A stretch of 64,000 bases of DNA from Macrostomum lignano (GCA_002269645.1 NIVC01000221.1:620001-684000); one strand, 5' to 3'. Counted from the stretch's first letter, positions 1 through 15,459 are shown. Program-made: numbers and translations. Notes: generated by a model not told the origin, from the sequence alone.

Positions 1-1489
1 GGCAGGTGAGGTGGCAGCGCAGCATTGAGTAGGCTGTTCCTTTGTTTTCTGAGTTACAGCATCTGTCCGATTTTTCACCTGACAACTCTTGTACTTTGTG
101 TGAATATTCCAGAGTTTTCAAGTCGCTGTGATTAAAGCTTTGTTCTATAGAACAAAACAATTTGTGTAGAAGGCATACAAACCCCAGCCACTAGTAGAAA
201 TATGTCTAAAAAATAGATTTTCAAATGTACAAATTCAGTAGCTGGAAAACGGAAATTCCGTTACTGGTTCACGTACTGGAGAGATGGCTCCTAGGGAACT
301 GATCGCCTAAAACTTACAAGTTGCATTGAGAGTTCATCTTTAACTTTTAATTAAAGATGATATTAAAAAACAGTAACTGCAAAAAACAACTGAACACAAT
401 CCTTTATTGTAGTCTCCCCCTCTCTCAATGCACTTTTCGTGCTGCCCAATCCATGCTTCGAATGCGCCATGGTGCTCAGAAGCCTTCAGCTCTGAATTGA
501 TGCACCTAGCCAGGTTGACAGTGGCTAAATACCAGTTACTGCATGACTCTGGCCCCTAATTGTCACAGCTGTCATTGGCTGGCTGAGTCTGATGAGTCTG
601 ATAGCATGGATTGATCTCTATATGTCTATAACACAGGTGGGCGACCCTGGATGAAAAATTGTTCATAGCTGCTCAATTATTTTTTGCGTGGGTGTTTCAT
701 TGAATAATCGGCACTTTCAGGCAATTGCACAGAAAGATGTTAAATTAAAGTGCGTTGAGCCAATGTGATGCACAAGAGAAAGTACGTTCAGCTAGAATTT
801 AGAAAATAGGTTGCCTGCATTAAAATTCATAAGAGTTATACCTGAGTTTATCTACTGCGGTTAGTAGCGCGCAAAGTGTTTTTGCAGCAGTCCTAGTGTT
901 TCCAATGGGGGACGGTGGGACTGGGCTGACATTTTCCATGAAGCTGTGAGTTTTCAGAGCGGCATTTCATGACTGTTGCAAGTTGAGTCCCGCTGAAAGT
1001 TTTGAGACTCTCATCCCGATCTCCAAGTAATAAAAAGAGTGATTTGGTCACTGATAGGCGCTCGGTAGGTTTGGGAGTGACAACACTTAACAGTAGCACG
1101 TTTGAGAAGTACTTTTAGAGTTTATAAAGTAAAAAAGCCAAGTTTGACGTGAATTCTTGAATGACTTCATTTATGGATCACTATGGATGTGGATGCTAAT
1201 CAGGATGCCATGCGCTCTGGCAATGAGCTTATAGAAAGCTCGCCAGCGCAAGAAACCACTTGTCAAACTTCTCTCTCGCCTCGGCATGGTCAAAGCGGAA
1301 ATAAATTCATTTTTAGCACCGCTAGAGACCATAGTTTGACCTTAGTTTTTATAGCTGTATACCTGCATGTTTTTCATGAAATATTGAGCTTACACTGATA
1401 CAAATCACTTAAAATTTATTTATTAGCTATAATTCTGTGACGTCTCATTAAAAACCGAAATACACTCATATCGATAATGACGCACAGCA

Positions 1490-2010
1490 GACGCTGCCCG
1501 TGGGAATTCGGCGGCATGCGTCTGAAAACCTCACTGTTGTGTTTTTCGACTCGCACGGCATGGTGTACATCCCATTTCGTCCCGCAAGCCCAGACTGTCA
1601 ACAGTGTCTACTACTGCTCCGTGCTGGACACCTTGATTTAGCAAATTCGACAAAAGAGACCCAACCTGATGCAGGCTGGATGGTTTCTCCATCATGACAC
1701 CATGACAATGCGCCCCCTTACGCGTCGGCCCACACCAGGGAATTCCTGGCCAGGAGAAGCATCCGGGTGGTTCCGCACCCGCCAAATTCGCCTGATTTGG
1801 CACCTGCGGACTTCTGGTTGCAACGTCACTGGACGCAGGTTTGACACCTTTCAGGAGGTGAAGAATGCATGGGAGGGAGTCACCACCTCAATGGCCTCAA
1901 TGTACGCTGAGGCCTCCAACAAGTGGCATTTGAGATGGCAGCGCTGCATTGAGAAGGATGGCGACTATGTTGAAAATTGATTCCTTAGTTACAGCAGCTG
2001 TCCACTTTTA
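1490..2010 (+). mobile_element. Degraded Tc1/mariner transposase remnant (3' half)
   Basis: Frameshifted segments give VFFDSHGMVY, WFLHHD, PPNSPDLAPADFWL (~1780-1820; the mariner YSPDLAP motif) and a C-terminal RWQRCIEKDGDYVE. Confidence 0.85.
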
Positions 2011-2810
2011 CTCTTGTCTTTATTCTTCTTCTTCTGATACGCTCAGTGGGCAGAAAAAAAACTTTTTGCTAAACTTTTTGATGTCTCACACAGAGCTGGA
2101 TCTGGCACGTTTTCTTGCAGTCTTTTGCTTGCTTGACAGAAAGACTTCCAAACAGAAAGACTACCCGTGTAAAACTCTCAGGTACAGAGATTCATTGTAT
2201 TTTCAGTGTATTTTATAGTCAACGAGAACTCGTTTAGAGGCTACATTTTTCCATTTCCAGTTAGGCTTCCAGTGTCTCTTCCTAATCCAATGGCTGCAAA
2301 GGCTTAGGCCAATTGGGCCACCTCAACCTTCAAGTCGTGACTCCGATGTTCTAATCCAGACTACAACCCTGAAAGAGATCAAACGGATCAAAACCACGAA
2401 GCTGCACTAAACTTCTGTTTCATTTTGCGAATAATTTTGATTCGATTCGTTTGAACCAAAAGGACTATAGAAAGACATATTCCCAGATTTTGGCTTGACT
2501 TGTCATACAAGCTCAATATTTGGCACAACCTTATCTAACATTGATTCACACATTGATTTACCATCGCTCAGCCGCTTCTCTCTGAAAAGCCGGAGAAAGA
2601 ACATGCAGGCAACAGATTCAATGTTTGTTGATTCACTACGACTTGAACAATTTGTCGAAGCCAACTCTGGATTGCTTCACTTCACCCAGCTGTAAAATTT
2701 CCAGCTCCATCTGTGAGACTGTACATCTAAAGTACAAGTCTCACATTAAAAGTACATCTAAAGTACAATTAGATGTACTTTTGCAAAGCTGCAAACCTGC
2801 GCCGCAAACC

Positions 2811-2962
2811 TGTACGCCGAGGCCTTCAACACGTGGCAGTTGAGATGGGAGCGCTGGATTGAGAAGAGTGGCGACTAATTTTGAAAAGTTATGTTTGTTC
2901 TGCTTCTGTTGTTTCTTTGATTCCTGATTACAGCAGCTGTCCGATTTTTTACCGGACAACAC
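2811..2962 (+). mobile_element. Second mariner 3'-end fragment, same family as 1490-2010
   Basis: tgtacgccgaggccttcaacacgtggcagttgagatgggagcgctggattgagaag aligns by eye to 1900-1960 (tgtacgctgaggcctccaacaagtggcatttgagatggcagcgctgcattgagaag). Both copies continue into ttacagcagctgtcc. Confidence 0.75.
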
Positions 2963-4424
2963 CGGGCTCAGAATGCTTATAAAATTTAATTAAAAGTGAA
3001 GTACAGCAAGGGTACAATGTAAAAGATTTGTCAAGCCAAGCCAAGCCAAGCAAAGCAAACAACAGACACGAGCCGCGTGAGAGACCTTAGAGACCTTAGC
3101 ATGCTATTATCTATTGTTCTGGAACCCGACTGCGGGGACATAACTTGAATGACTGTTCAATGATCTTTCATCATTCTTTCATTTTTGATCATTCAAAAAA
3201 TGATCATCTTGTCAATCATCTGACTGAAATTATTATTCTTTGAAATCCGGCTTTTCAGAGACCTTCGCAACCTGATGGCTGAGCGATGGCAGCTGCAGCT
3301 CAGTTTGTGCAAATCGGACTCGACATCAAATCTCCCGAAATTCATGTAATTCTGTTGATAGCCCGCGCGTTAAAAGCCAAAATACACTCCTATCGATTCG
3401 ATCGATGACATGATGATGGGTTTCGACCTTCGGGCTCCTTGTTAGGGAAGCCTTCGGGCCTCAGGCTCAGAAACAAATCACTTAGAGACCTGGCCCCCCA
3501 CTCCTGTCAGATGTTCAGCCCCATGGTAGCTTGATCGTGTGGCGAGCAGTCTAGGTCCTATAGCTAAGAGAGGACAGCGAGAGACGAGCAAGGAGAATTT
3601 CGAAGGTAGAAATTAGCTAATCCGCAGGTTAACTAACTCGCTGCCACCAGCCCGTACGCCCTGGCTCACCACACCGGGGCTCTCGAAATCGGGCTTCCGA
3701 CTAGAAGGGGCTTTGCACTTACCTGCCAACTAGTGTCTTTTTGCTGTCAATCTCGAAGTCATAGCCGATGATAAGGGACACTGCTGGGACTAGATCGCAT
3801 TGGCCATGCAAGGTACAGAGGGGACTTGTGCAGGGGATTCTTGCGGTGGCGAGTCTATGGGGTAGCTACATGTACTATTACATTGCTAAATACGAAGATA
3901 TGTACTTTTGGCCTTCAACGCGCCAACTAGCCTCTCATAGCGCTAATGATAGGCTAACTCGAACATCAGAGACCGCATGATTCATTACCCGAGCCGCTTG
4001 GCTAACCTAGAGTGCACAAAGTACATCTCTGGCGCCGATTCTGCACTTCTGGCAGTTTTGCTCACTGATTTGATGGATTGGTCGACTAAGAACTGCCTTG
4101 CCATTGGTCCACTGTGACCGGCGCCTACTAGCTTAGCTACTCATCTGAGCCATCGGCGAACAAAGAAATAAAACCGATAAAAATAACTGTTAGACTTAAC
4201 CTTCTCCTTAGATCACTTCACACTTCAGATTGACTTGGAGTTTTTAGACTACTAGCAGCATTATTGAATGACTTCTGCCTCAGCAACAGCACTACTGAAC
4301 AAAATGAGCAAAAGTGTGCGCCTAATTCAGCTACTGAAACAGGGGACAGATAGGGGATCACCCAATCAAGCAAGTCTAGGTAGCCTCTCACCCAACCAAT
4401 CAGAAACTCAACAGCCGGAGACCA

Positions 4425-6488
4425 CAACAACACAACAACAACAGAGTACGCTGTCAGTTCGCAAAAGCAGCGTCAGATGGCTCGCTTCGAAGCTTGGGCG
4501 CGAGCAAAGGCCGCACCGGCGGCAGAGTCCGGGGCGCCCTCGTCAGCCAGCAGACAGTCGACGTAGCGCCGAGTCCTCGCCTGTCCCCGCCGGTAGGGTG
4601 CCTGCAACGTAAGTAGCAGCACCTCCTGCACCGGCTCCGGACAGTAGGCCTCGGCGCGGATGACGTGGCCTACCAGCTGGAGTCGCCGACGGCGCAGCAG
4701 ATCGCTAGGACGGGCCAGGCCGGCGCGATGATAGAGCGCCGTGTTGGTGACTCGCTCGTTGCCGATCTTGAAGGCGGCGCGCAGCAGGCCAGCGTGCGCC
4801 GCGTCGAATTGAGCCTCGAGCGAGTCTGTCAGCGTCCAGGTCTCGGCGTTGTATAACAGGACGGTCTCGATCACCGCCTGGAACAGCGCCGCCCTCTGGT
4901 GGTCCGGTAGGGCCTCGGACTGCAGGACTGACCTTATAGAACGAAAGGCAGCCCAGGCAAGTCCTCGGCGACGCCGCAGATCGTCGCGGACGTCGGGAAC
5001 CAGACCGCCGAGGTAGACGAACTGCTGACATCTTGGAAGCTCACTCTCCTGTCCGTCAGCGCCTCGGCAGAAGATTGCAGCCTCGGTGTCGTCCGGCACG
5101 CATAGCACGACGGTCTTCTGCGTGTTGACCACCAGGCCGACGCTCGCCGCAACGGCAACCAGCCTATCCAGCTGTCGTTGGGCGCCCTCGACGGTCGAGG
5201 ACAGCAGGGCGAGGTCATCGGCGTAGCCAAGCACGCTGAGCCGTCTCTCCGGTTGGCGTCGACCCACGCGTCGCCGCAGCAGGAAGCCGTTGTCGTTGGA
5301 AGGCAGAGCAGTCCGTAGCACCCAGTCAAGCACCAGAATAAATAGGAACGGCGCTAGCGTATCTCCCTGGAGCACCCCGGAGGATGTCTCGAAGAAATCC
5401 GATAGGCCGTCCGGTGTTGAGACAGCAGCCGTCGTGCCGTGGTACAGCGCCATGACAGCAGAAATCAGCAGCTCTGGCACGTTGTACGCACGGAGCACCT
5501 CTGGGAGCGCGTCCCTCACGACCGAGTCGAAGGCCTTCCTGAAATCGACGAAGATTTGGATCAGGGTCAACTGGCGGATGCGCGCCTCCTCGATGACTCG
5601 CCGAAGAGCCAGGATCTGCGTCACTGTGCCGCGATGGGGCCGGAAACCGTTCTGCTCAGGCCGCAGGTACGGGTCCAGCACAGGCTGTAACCGCGATAGC
5701 AGCATGCGGTTGAACAGCTTCGCGGCGCAGGACTGTAGGCAGATGCCTCGATGCTCCTCGAGCTTGGTGGTGCCCGGCTTCTTTGGAATGGCGACGATGT
5801 GCGCCGTGGTCCATTCGTTTGGCGCCACCTCATCGGAAAGCACGCGGTTCATCACTCTGGCAACCTCAGTGGCCACGCAGTGGATCCGCAGCGCCTCGGT
5901 GGGCACCTCGTCCGGACCAAGCGCTTTGCCGCCCGGCGACTGCCGAGCGAACTTCACAACGTCGGCTGTGCTGACTGGGGCAACGTTGAAGCTCTCCTCC
6001 ACCGGCAACGGCGTCTCCGGCGGCAGCCTCAGATTTTCTGGAAGCGGAGGGGGCGGCGCGTTGACAATGGCGGCGAAGAACTCGCGCAGCTCGTTCCTGC
6101 GCTCATCCGGAGTGTCGCCTGCCAGGTTGAGCGCGATGCGCCGCTTTCGCCCCGTTAGAGTGTTGATGACGGACCAGGCCACGCGCCCTCTGGCATCGGG
6201 CCCTGCGGCAGAGACGGCTTGGATGGCGTCATCGACAGCGGACTGCTGCCGCTGCAGGTAGACAGCCGCCAGAGCCTCCTCCGCCTCGCGAGTTTGCCGC
6301 CCACTCAGACGGAGCCTCTCCAGATCTTCCCTCGCTTCGTCGATCGCGGGGTCGTCCTGCCAGACCGGCTGCCCGCGCTGGGCCGGTCGCATCAGCGGGA
6401 CTGCTTGCTCCGCAGCGGCTCGAACTGCAGCGCTCACCTCCGCGTACTCGGCTCCTCACGCTTGTCGCCCAGCGCAGTGACAAAGGCA
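4425..6488 (-). mobile_element. 5'-truncated RTE-type non-LTR retrotransposon insertion
   Basis: 10-bp direct repeat ccggagacca at 4415-4424 and 6489-6498 (TSD). (TTG)n-like tail at ~4425-4445 shortly after the stop codon. GC-rich body with an RT ORF; no APE endonuclease is present. Confidence 0.92.
4473..6437 (-). CDS. Reverse transcriptase ORF of the RTE-type LINE (654 codons open; first in-frame ATG at 6392 gives 639 aa)
   Basis: RT motifs RGICLQSCAAKLFNRML, QNGFRPHRGT, FVDFRKAFDSV, GVLQGDTLAPFLF and YADDLALL, plus the thumb region YLG...AW.AF...LLYNAETW. Confidence 0.93.
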   Translation of the reverse strand: MSAAVRAAAEQAVPLMRPAQRGQPVWQDDPAIDEAREDLERLRLSGRQTREAEEALAAVYLQRQQSAVDDAIQAVSAAGPDARGRVAWSVINTLTGRKRRIALNLAGDTPDERRNELREFFAAIVNAPPPPLPENLRLPPETPLPVEESFNVAPVSTADVVKFARQSPGGKALGPDEVPTEALRIHCVATEVARVMNRVLSDEVAPNEWTTAHIVAIPKKPGTTKLEEHRGICLQSCAAKLFNRMLLSRLQPVLDPYLRPEQNGFRPHRGTVTQILALRRVIEEARIRQLTLIQIFVDFRKAFDSVVRDALPEVLRAYNVPELLISAVMALYHGTTAAVSTPDGLSDFFETSSGVLQGDTLAPFLFILVLDWVLRTALPSNDNGFLLRRRVGRRQPERRLSVLGYADDLALLSSTVEGAQRQLDRLVAVAASVGLVVNTQKTVVLCVPDDTEAAIFCRGADGQESELPRCQQFVYLGGLVPDVRDDLRRRRGLAWAAFRSIRSVLQSEALPDHQRAALFQAVIETVLLYNAETWTLTDSLEAQFDAAHAGLLRAAFKIGNERVTNTALYHRAGLARPSDLLRRRRLQLVGHVIRAEAYCPEPVQEVLLLTLQAPYRRGQARTRRYVDCLLADEGAPDSAAGAAFARAQASKRAI

Positions 6489-6774
6489 CCGGAGACCAGG
6501 TAATCCACAGTGACCGAATCGGCTTGATGCTTCGCAGCTGTAGGCCCGAGATGATGCTGTCACAATCTTCGCTGTTAGCTAGCAGGTGATGCTCTTCACT
6601 TGATGCTCACTGCTGCTGACCGGGGGACTCGTCCTTGATGATGGTGAGGGGGAGTCGCAATCCGGGGATCAAGAAACGACGGTCAGTTCCTGAACCGAGC
6701 GTGACGCAGCGTCAACCGGTCGCAGGAAGAGGATGCGAAGCGAAGCGTCTGGGGTCCGAGCGGGCCAAAAACAC

Positions 6775-6885
6775 CGGTTTAAATAGCCGCCAACTGGACC
6801 ACAGTTGTTATAATGGAACACGTCGATTCTGATTGGCTGAGCCGATTTGTTAAAATGAGCGCCGAATTTTCTGATTGGCTAAGCT
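6775..6885 (-). promoter_or_regulatory. Candidate Pol II promoter: two CCAAT boxes plus TATA-like box
   Basis: The 12-mer ttctgattggct occurs twice (ATTGG at 6832-6836 and 6874-6878, 42 bp apart), followed on the minus strand by TATTTAAA (6778-6785). Confidence 0.55.
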
Positions 6886-7539
6886 TGTTGCTACCCAGAA
6901 TCACGTGACCGGGAGATCCTATCAGTTCCCACAGGGTCGTAAAAAATGACAGGTGTGGCCATAAATCAATCAAAATCGCAACAAAATGATTTATGACTTT
7001 TCGCGTAGGATTGACAGAAATAAATGAAAAAATATACATTAGAAAGCTCTTATTAAATAGAAGGTAAAGATAATGAAGAGAAATCGCTAATCGCTAATCC
7101 CAAAGTAGGGGTAAAACGCATGGCTGTCAAAGCTGTTACACGCTTGAGTGAATCCGAACAATAGGCCCCGACCTCATAAATCTGATGGCCTGTCAAAAAT
7201 GATGAGAAAAAAGCTATCATTCGCATCCCCTCAGACCATCTGGCGCCAGTCTCAACACTGAGTGAGGCGCAGGTGGCTGTCAGACCAGCTTCGAAAGCGA
7301 TGATTTATGACCCAAAAAGCTGCGCCTATGTTAATATGACTACTAGTATGACCAAACATTATATCTAGTATAGATTCTATGACAATTCGCAGAAAAAGGA
7401 TAAAAATGCCCTTAGCTTGCTGTTAGTAGGCAAGTAAGCTTAGAGCCCATGTGCTAGCGCGGGATTTGGAAAAAAAGTGCGTCCTCATCAATGAGCTGCA
7501 GCTGCACTGCAGGTGTGAATTCGCCATGCGTCTGAAACC

Positions 7540-7990
7540 GCCAGAATTAATCGATTGATCGACTTTGTCAATCGGGCACACTTAAACAAAGCTGAGAACA
7601 ACAGACACATCACATGCACATGCAATTTCCATTATCACAAAGCTCTAGCTTCTGCAACAGTTTATTTCACGAGCAGGTAGAATGAGCACAAACGAAGTGT
7701 TTTCATATCGATTTTCAAATTCCAGCAGCAAATCACTGTAAAACATCTGCAACCAATGAATTCCTAATTGTATCCGGTCAATATGATTTTCATATCTTAT
7801 ATTTTTGCGTCGTAGATAATCAGATTTGTCCCTCAGTCATTACTCCTGCTCCAGCCTGGACTCTCTTAACTGGAGAATTTCTCAACTCAGGGGAAAACCC
7901 CGCGTGGGCTAAAAATAGATTTCTGCGTGCACGGAGCTGCGGCAAATCCACGGCTTTTCCGCCTGCCACAGAGTTGTGCTAAATGCAGTT
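7540..7990. repeat. Dispersed repeat, also present at ~11575-11810 in direct orientation
   Basis: Shared blocks such as tttctcaactcag..aaaacccc..gggctaaaaatagatttctgcgtgca and gtcaa.cgggca.acttaaacaa.gct occur in both places. Confidence 0.7.
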
Positions 7991-8310
7991 TTATAAGCAC
8001 TTCTGAACAAACATTTCACTGGAGAAAAAGCTGTTTTCTTGTCGATTTTCAACACTCAAACTGAGCACCTTCAGTTTATTTAAAACAATTGAAACATTTC
8101 GACAGAGCATTCAACTGACAATGAAGCAGATCGCAAATGCAGCTTGAATACCTGACAGTAGCAAAGGATATTATTATTATTATTGATAGAAATGGCACAT
8201 TTAACATTGCAATCGCATTCACCTATTAGAATAGACGCAATCAGGCTTTGAGTCCGGGCCGATATGTATCGAAAAGGCCCAGCATGCAGTGAGAATTGCA
8301 GCCTGAGTGA

Positions 8311-10500
<2,190 letters not shown>

Positions 10501-13500
10501 TGAAGACGGCCAGTTCGGAGCGCTGATTGGCTGGCCTGCGGAATGGGGATGGCTTTTGCCATGGAGCTGTGCGTGTCGAGTGCATCGTTTCATGGGTGTG
10601 AAAGTCGGAGAGTGCCGCTGCTTAGAGCGCCGATTCTGACATGATATGAAGAGTGACTTGATTAGAGTGACGTCGATTGGGGCTTGGAATGATGCTTATA
10701 ATTTTGGGGTGATACTTAAGGGTGACGGTGCAGTGACGTTTTATGAGTGACGGTGTCAGATTTGGCAGTGTTGGAGTGACATTTCGAGGGAGACAATTTG
10801 AGAGTGACAGTGTCAGAGTGACACATTGAGAGTGATAGTGTCAGAGTGATTAAACCAGTGAGACGAAGTCAAGGCAGTTGGCACGAGAGGCGCAGGTTCG
10901 AGCCTGGCCCTATTGTACGAGTATTCGAGCGTATTTATTAAATTTAATTTACCGGACTTTTAAAAGCCAAATAAAATCAATACGCGCTTGGCGGGTCAGC
11001 GACAGTCCGCACCGTATTAAAAAAAACGCCACCCAGGCCGCGGGCACGTGACCAAGGCCCGGCCCACCACCCCCCGCACCAACGCACAAGAGCCACGCCC
11101 CACTGGTTTAACACCCAACCAAGCTACGCCCGGTCGGACCACACATTGAGAGTGAGTGTCAGAGTGACACATTGAGAGTGACAGTGTCAAAGTGACACAT
11201 TGAGAGTGACAGTGTCAGAGGATAATATAAATGCTCGCTTGATGGACATTTGGCTTGGAGGAGACGTATAGAGTTCATGCCAGTCTCTGGCAGATTGGCA
11301 TGTAGGTTGTGTTTTGAGCATCTTGTGGGCATCAGTCAGAAGTGAGGCGCCTGACTCTGAAATTCTTTCTCCGGCTTTTCAGAGACGCCTTTCGCAACCT
11401 GATGGCGGCTGAGTGATATATGACATTGATCACACTGAATTACATTGTTGTAACATTGCATTGTTATGCAATATTAAAAAAATATTAATTTTTTACCTAA
11501 ATTCAGTTATTACTTTTGTTAATGCCGCATTAAAAGCACAAATATCGATGAAAACACAGCAGATGTAAATTCCGCACTCGCCGAATCAATTCACCGACTT
11601 GTCAAGCGGGCATACTTAAACAAGGCTCAAAACAACTTTTTGACGAAAAAAATTGTTTAAAACACTGTTGCCTGAAGAGTACTACTGCCAGTAGTTTTCA
11701 CTTATTTGGCTTTCTCAACTCAGAGAAAACCCCAACAGGGCTAAAAATAGATTTCTGCGTGCAGGAAGCCGCGGCAAATTCACGGTTTTTCTAAGTGCGC
11801 TAAATGTAGTTAGATCATGCATTTATAATTAATTCTAAACAAACTCAAACTCATATATACTCATCGAAATACTCATATTGTACTCATATTCATAGAAAGC
11901 TGCTGTCACCTCATTCTATCAGTTTCAACTAACAAAATGCATGCAGCCAACGCCAGAAAATTGCACATGTTTTGTTTTGGGAGCTGTATAATGCAGTCAC
12001 TCTCATCACTCACAAGCACTCTAAATTCACTGCAATAACCAAGAGTCACACCGAAAATCCGGGCACTCCTCAGCCGCGTGCCCTAGCTGCAGCTTCTCCC
12101 TCCCCGTCAGCGGCTCCTCGGTAGCAGGCGGCGCCGTCTCATTCGACGAAGAGCTCCTCCCCAGGCGACAAGTGGGTTAACTAACTAACCCCAGCTAGTT
12201 ATTTAGTAGCTACATGCATCTAGCTAGGTATTCTGGTTACCAAGCCGTTGCTAAGGAAGCTGCGAGCTAGTCAGAAACGAGTCTTCTGTTGTTGTTGTTA
12301 AACGGGGGTGGGAAGCAGCTGGGTGCTACCCGCGGATCAGCCCTGAGGGTGGGCTCTGCCGCTGAATTTTGTGGGGCTAATCTACCAGGGGGGCAATAGC
12401 TCGAGTAGCCCCAGATTAGAACCAGGAATCAAGGCCTGGTGAGGGTGCCTTCTTGGATCCTGCTAACCCAAGCCTTTGGACTAAGACAAGATTTTGGAGG
12501 AGACGTAATACCCCATAGAATTAATAGTACATGAGTTTTTATTGTGATTCTAGCCTTTAAATTAATCGATATTTATCACTGCTTGGTTGCCCTGCATACA
12601 ACCTAAATTTCAAAACGCCTTAAAGCGCAAGACTTTACATCACTTAAATTTCACAACGCCGAAAATCTCTGAACAAAAATGGCTTGCGAGTGAAAGCTTA
12701 AAAAGCAGCAAGTGAGCAAAAATTTCTAGCGTATGTTTGTTTGCGTATAATCATTTATACTTAACAAGAATATAGGGAGGTATAAGTCAGAGCGAACTGG
12801 CTGGCTGGGCGAAACTCCCCAGCAGCCATGCAGGCGTGCAGGGGCCTGTGCACCGGTCTGGCCGCCACTTCAGCCTCTCCACTGACCCCGGTGGCGTCGA
12901 GTTCAGTGGTCCTAGTGTCGACTATCTGAAAATTGTTTTAAATTGTTAAAAGAGTCTGAAGTTGTACTACGTTTAGGTCAGCTGTAGATTTAGACTGCTA
13001 AAAATGATTTTTTCACCTGAAAAGCAATGCCATGTTTGTCCCGACAAAACTGTTTCAGTTTTGGATAGACCTGGTTCATCATCACGTTTCTCTCAATGAG
13101 CATGTCTGCAGGTTGGGGTTACATGGACGTGGACGTGTAGTCGGGATTGATCTGTTTTTATTCAATTTGATAAACAGACAACTTGAATTCGAACTTTGTT
13201 TTTTTTACCTGAGAATGTGGAACTAATAAAAACTCTGACAGTCGTAGAATTTGTGCTTGGAAGATTAGTCATTAGCCCATTAGTCATTAGTCATTAGTCA
13301 TTAGTCATTAGTCATTTGAAATTCTTCACTGCCCCTGAGCTGGATTGCCCCTTATTGTGGGCTTTGAAGCCATTGAAGGCCTGGTCAGGTGCAGGCTTGT
13401 CATGGTTCTTTATTTCGGTAACACTGCCTTAGTCACTGATATTCTTTAGCCTAAACGGCTGCTGCGACCTGTTCGTAAATAATTGTGATTTTTAGGTTTG

Positions 13501-15459
13501 ACAGTACTAGTAGTGAAGCACATAGATAGGCAGTTTTCTGAATCCTAATCTAAATCCTAGTTTAATGAAAAACCAGAAAATGGTTGTTCTTGTATTTGCG
13601 AGATTTAGCTATGCAATTTGTTGTTTAGCATATAGTATTTTGCAATAAATTATTGTCAAATTTTAATGTAGACTACAAAAATACTACTAATAAATGAAGT
13701 GTCTGTAATAAGATTGTACAGTTTTTGAACAGCAAATTTAGTTGAGAATTTTACAATTTCACGTCCTGGGATCTTTTGAATATAGTACATCTCTATATGC
13801 ATATTGTTACATACAAATACAGTATCGAATGGTACCATACACTGTATCAGAGTCGGCAAAACTCTGAAGTATTTTGTCACAGTTCCAAATAAATTTACAG
13901 TTAGTTCTACTTTTTTAATTTATCAATCGAAGAATTTCTTGAGAATTAGTGAAAATACACGCGTAATTACCTTTGGATTCGAGGATGCAGATGCAGGATT
14001 ATTCCAGATGTATAGCAAACTGACTTTAAGAAAAATAACAGCGTTAGTTGTCTGGATGTTTTTAAACTTTTAATTTAGCATTTTAGAAATCAACTATGTA
14101 GGAGAAACGCGCTACTCGCTACAGCTGGACTTGCAAAATAAAGATACGTTGCTCTGCTGTACGTACCAATGATCTTAGCAGAATTAAATTTAACTCTACT
14201 CTACAGATCACGCTGTTAAAAAAACATCTCTGATACTGACTCGCAACAATTTTTAAAAAATACTGCTATATATGACATCAAAACTTTTTAATTAATTAAA
14301 AACTAAGTAATAATGACGCGTGCACGTTGCTTCTTTTGATAATATTATAGTCTTCTCAATCATTTGTTTTAATCTGTTGCTACCCAAGCTTAGCTCGCTG
14401 GCGACTTTTTGCCGTGGGAAAATACATTCGATTTTAATGCACGACGGCAAGTGTGTCACTGTGTGTGTAATTTGAAGTGAAATCACGAGTGTCTAAATTT
14501 CGATATCGTTAGTCTAAATATACTAAATCTCTAAGGTTTGTATGCTTGAATGAATGAATGTCCATAACGCTCTAGAGATTGCAATTCTTCACCGATTTTG
14601 ATCGTGTTTTCGCCAAAAGATTCAAAATTGTCTGGAAAGAAGACAGTTAAATTAGGATACTAAATGTACTAAATTAAGCGTTTTGTGACTTTCTGTTGTC
14701 GTAGAGGAGAATGCTTACTTAAACTATCTAAGATTGCCTATAGTTGCCCCATTTCACATAAGGACATACAAATTATACTAGAATATTGGAGTAGTTACAC
14801 TAGTCACATTAAAGTCTAATATAGAGATATATACGAAACAAAAAAAATTAATGCCAATAAGAAGACTAAAGTTTGTTTTGTCATTTTTAAAAAAAGGAAT
14901 TAATAGGTCTTTTATGAGAAATAAATGAGTTACTATTAAAAAAAAATTCTGATAGGCTATTTGAGACATATTTCTGCAGATGTCACCGTATCTTATAGTA
15001 GACAAATGCTATATTTAACCTTGAAATAAATAAATATAATAAATTGCTTATTATAAATCTCGCATTAAAGGCCCACAAGACTACTTGTACTTCAGCTGGC
15101 CATAACAATGGAATGTGCCTATTTTTTTCAACTAAACAGCACTAGACTCTAAGTGGGATGTTTATTAACATTTTTAATCATTATCAATTTTTTAAAGATT
15201 CTATATAAAAGCAGAATTGCTAAATCAGATAGGTATATTTTATATCTTTGATGTGTTCTATAGATATAATATTTATTAAATTAGTATACAGTTAGAACTT
15301 CGTTCCTAGTAACAATACATAAATTTATTCTCAATTTTCATCAATTTATAAAAGTTGAGCATGAAAAACTTATTGATTTTCCAGATGACCATGAGCTTTT
15401 AAATAGAAACCAAATACGAGCTAAGTCCCATCCTGTAAAGATATCAGCATCCGATTAAG

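Noticed and set aside
580-610. ctgatgag as a hammerhead core
   Set aside because: There is no stem II followed by GAAA.
3300-4200. Possible solo LTR
   Set aside because: I found no convincing TG...CA termini with a TSD, no PBS or PPT, and no second copy.
5290-6261. 323-aa + strand ORF and other ORFs over 4665-6503
   Set aside because: These are antisense or alternative-frame shadows of the GC-rich RT ORF.
10846-11115. Imperfect inverted repeat (gtgattaaaccagtg / cactggttttaacac) with a B-box-like ggttcgagcc
   Set aside because: It could be a MITE or SINE fragment, but I could not define a TSD or a complete tRNA fold.
12060-12520. Possible LINE end or HDV-like ribozyme (GC-rich, with a ctgttgttgttgtt tract)
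   Set aside because: There is only weak resemblance to the RTE tail, and I could not build the nested double pseudoknot by eye.
13656-15005. AT-rich 64-89 aa ORFs
   Set aside because: They show no recognisable motifs or consistent splice signals.
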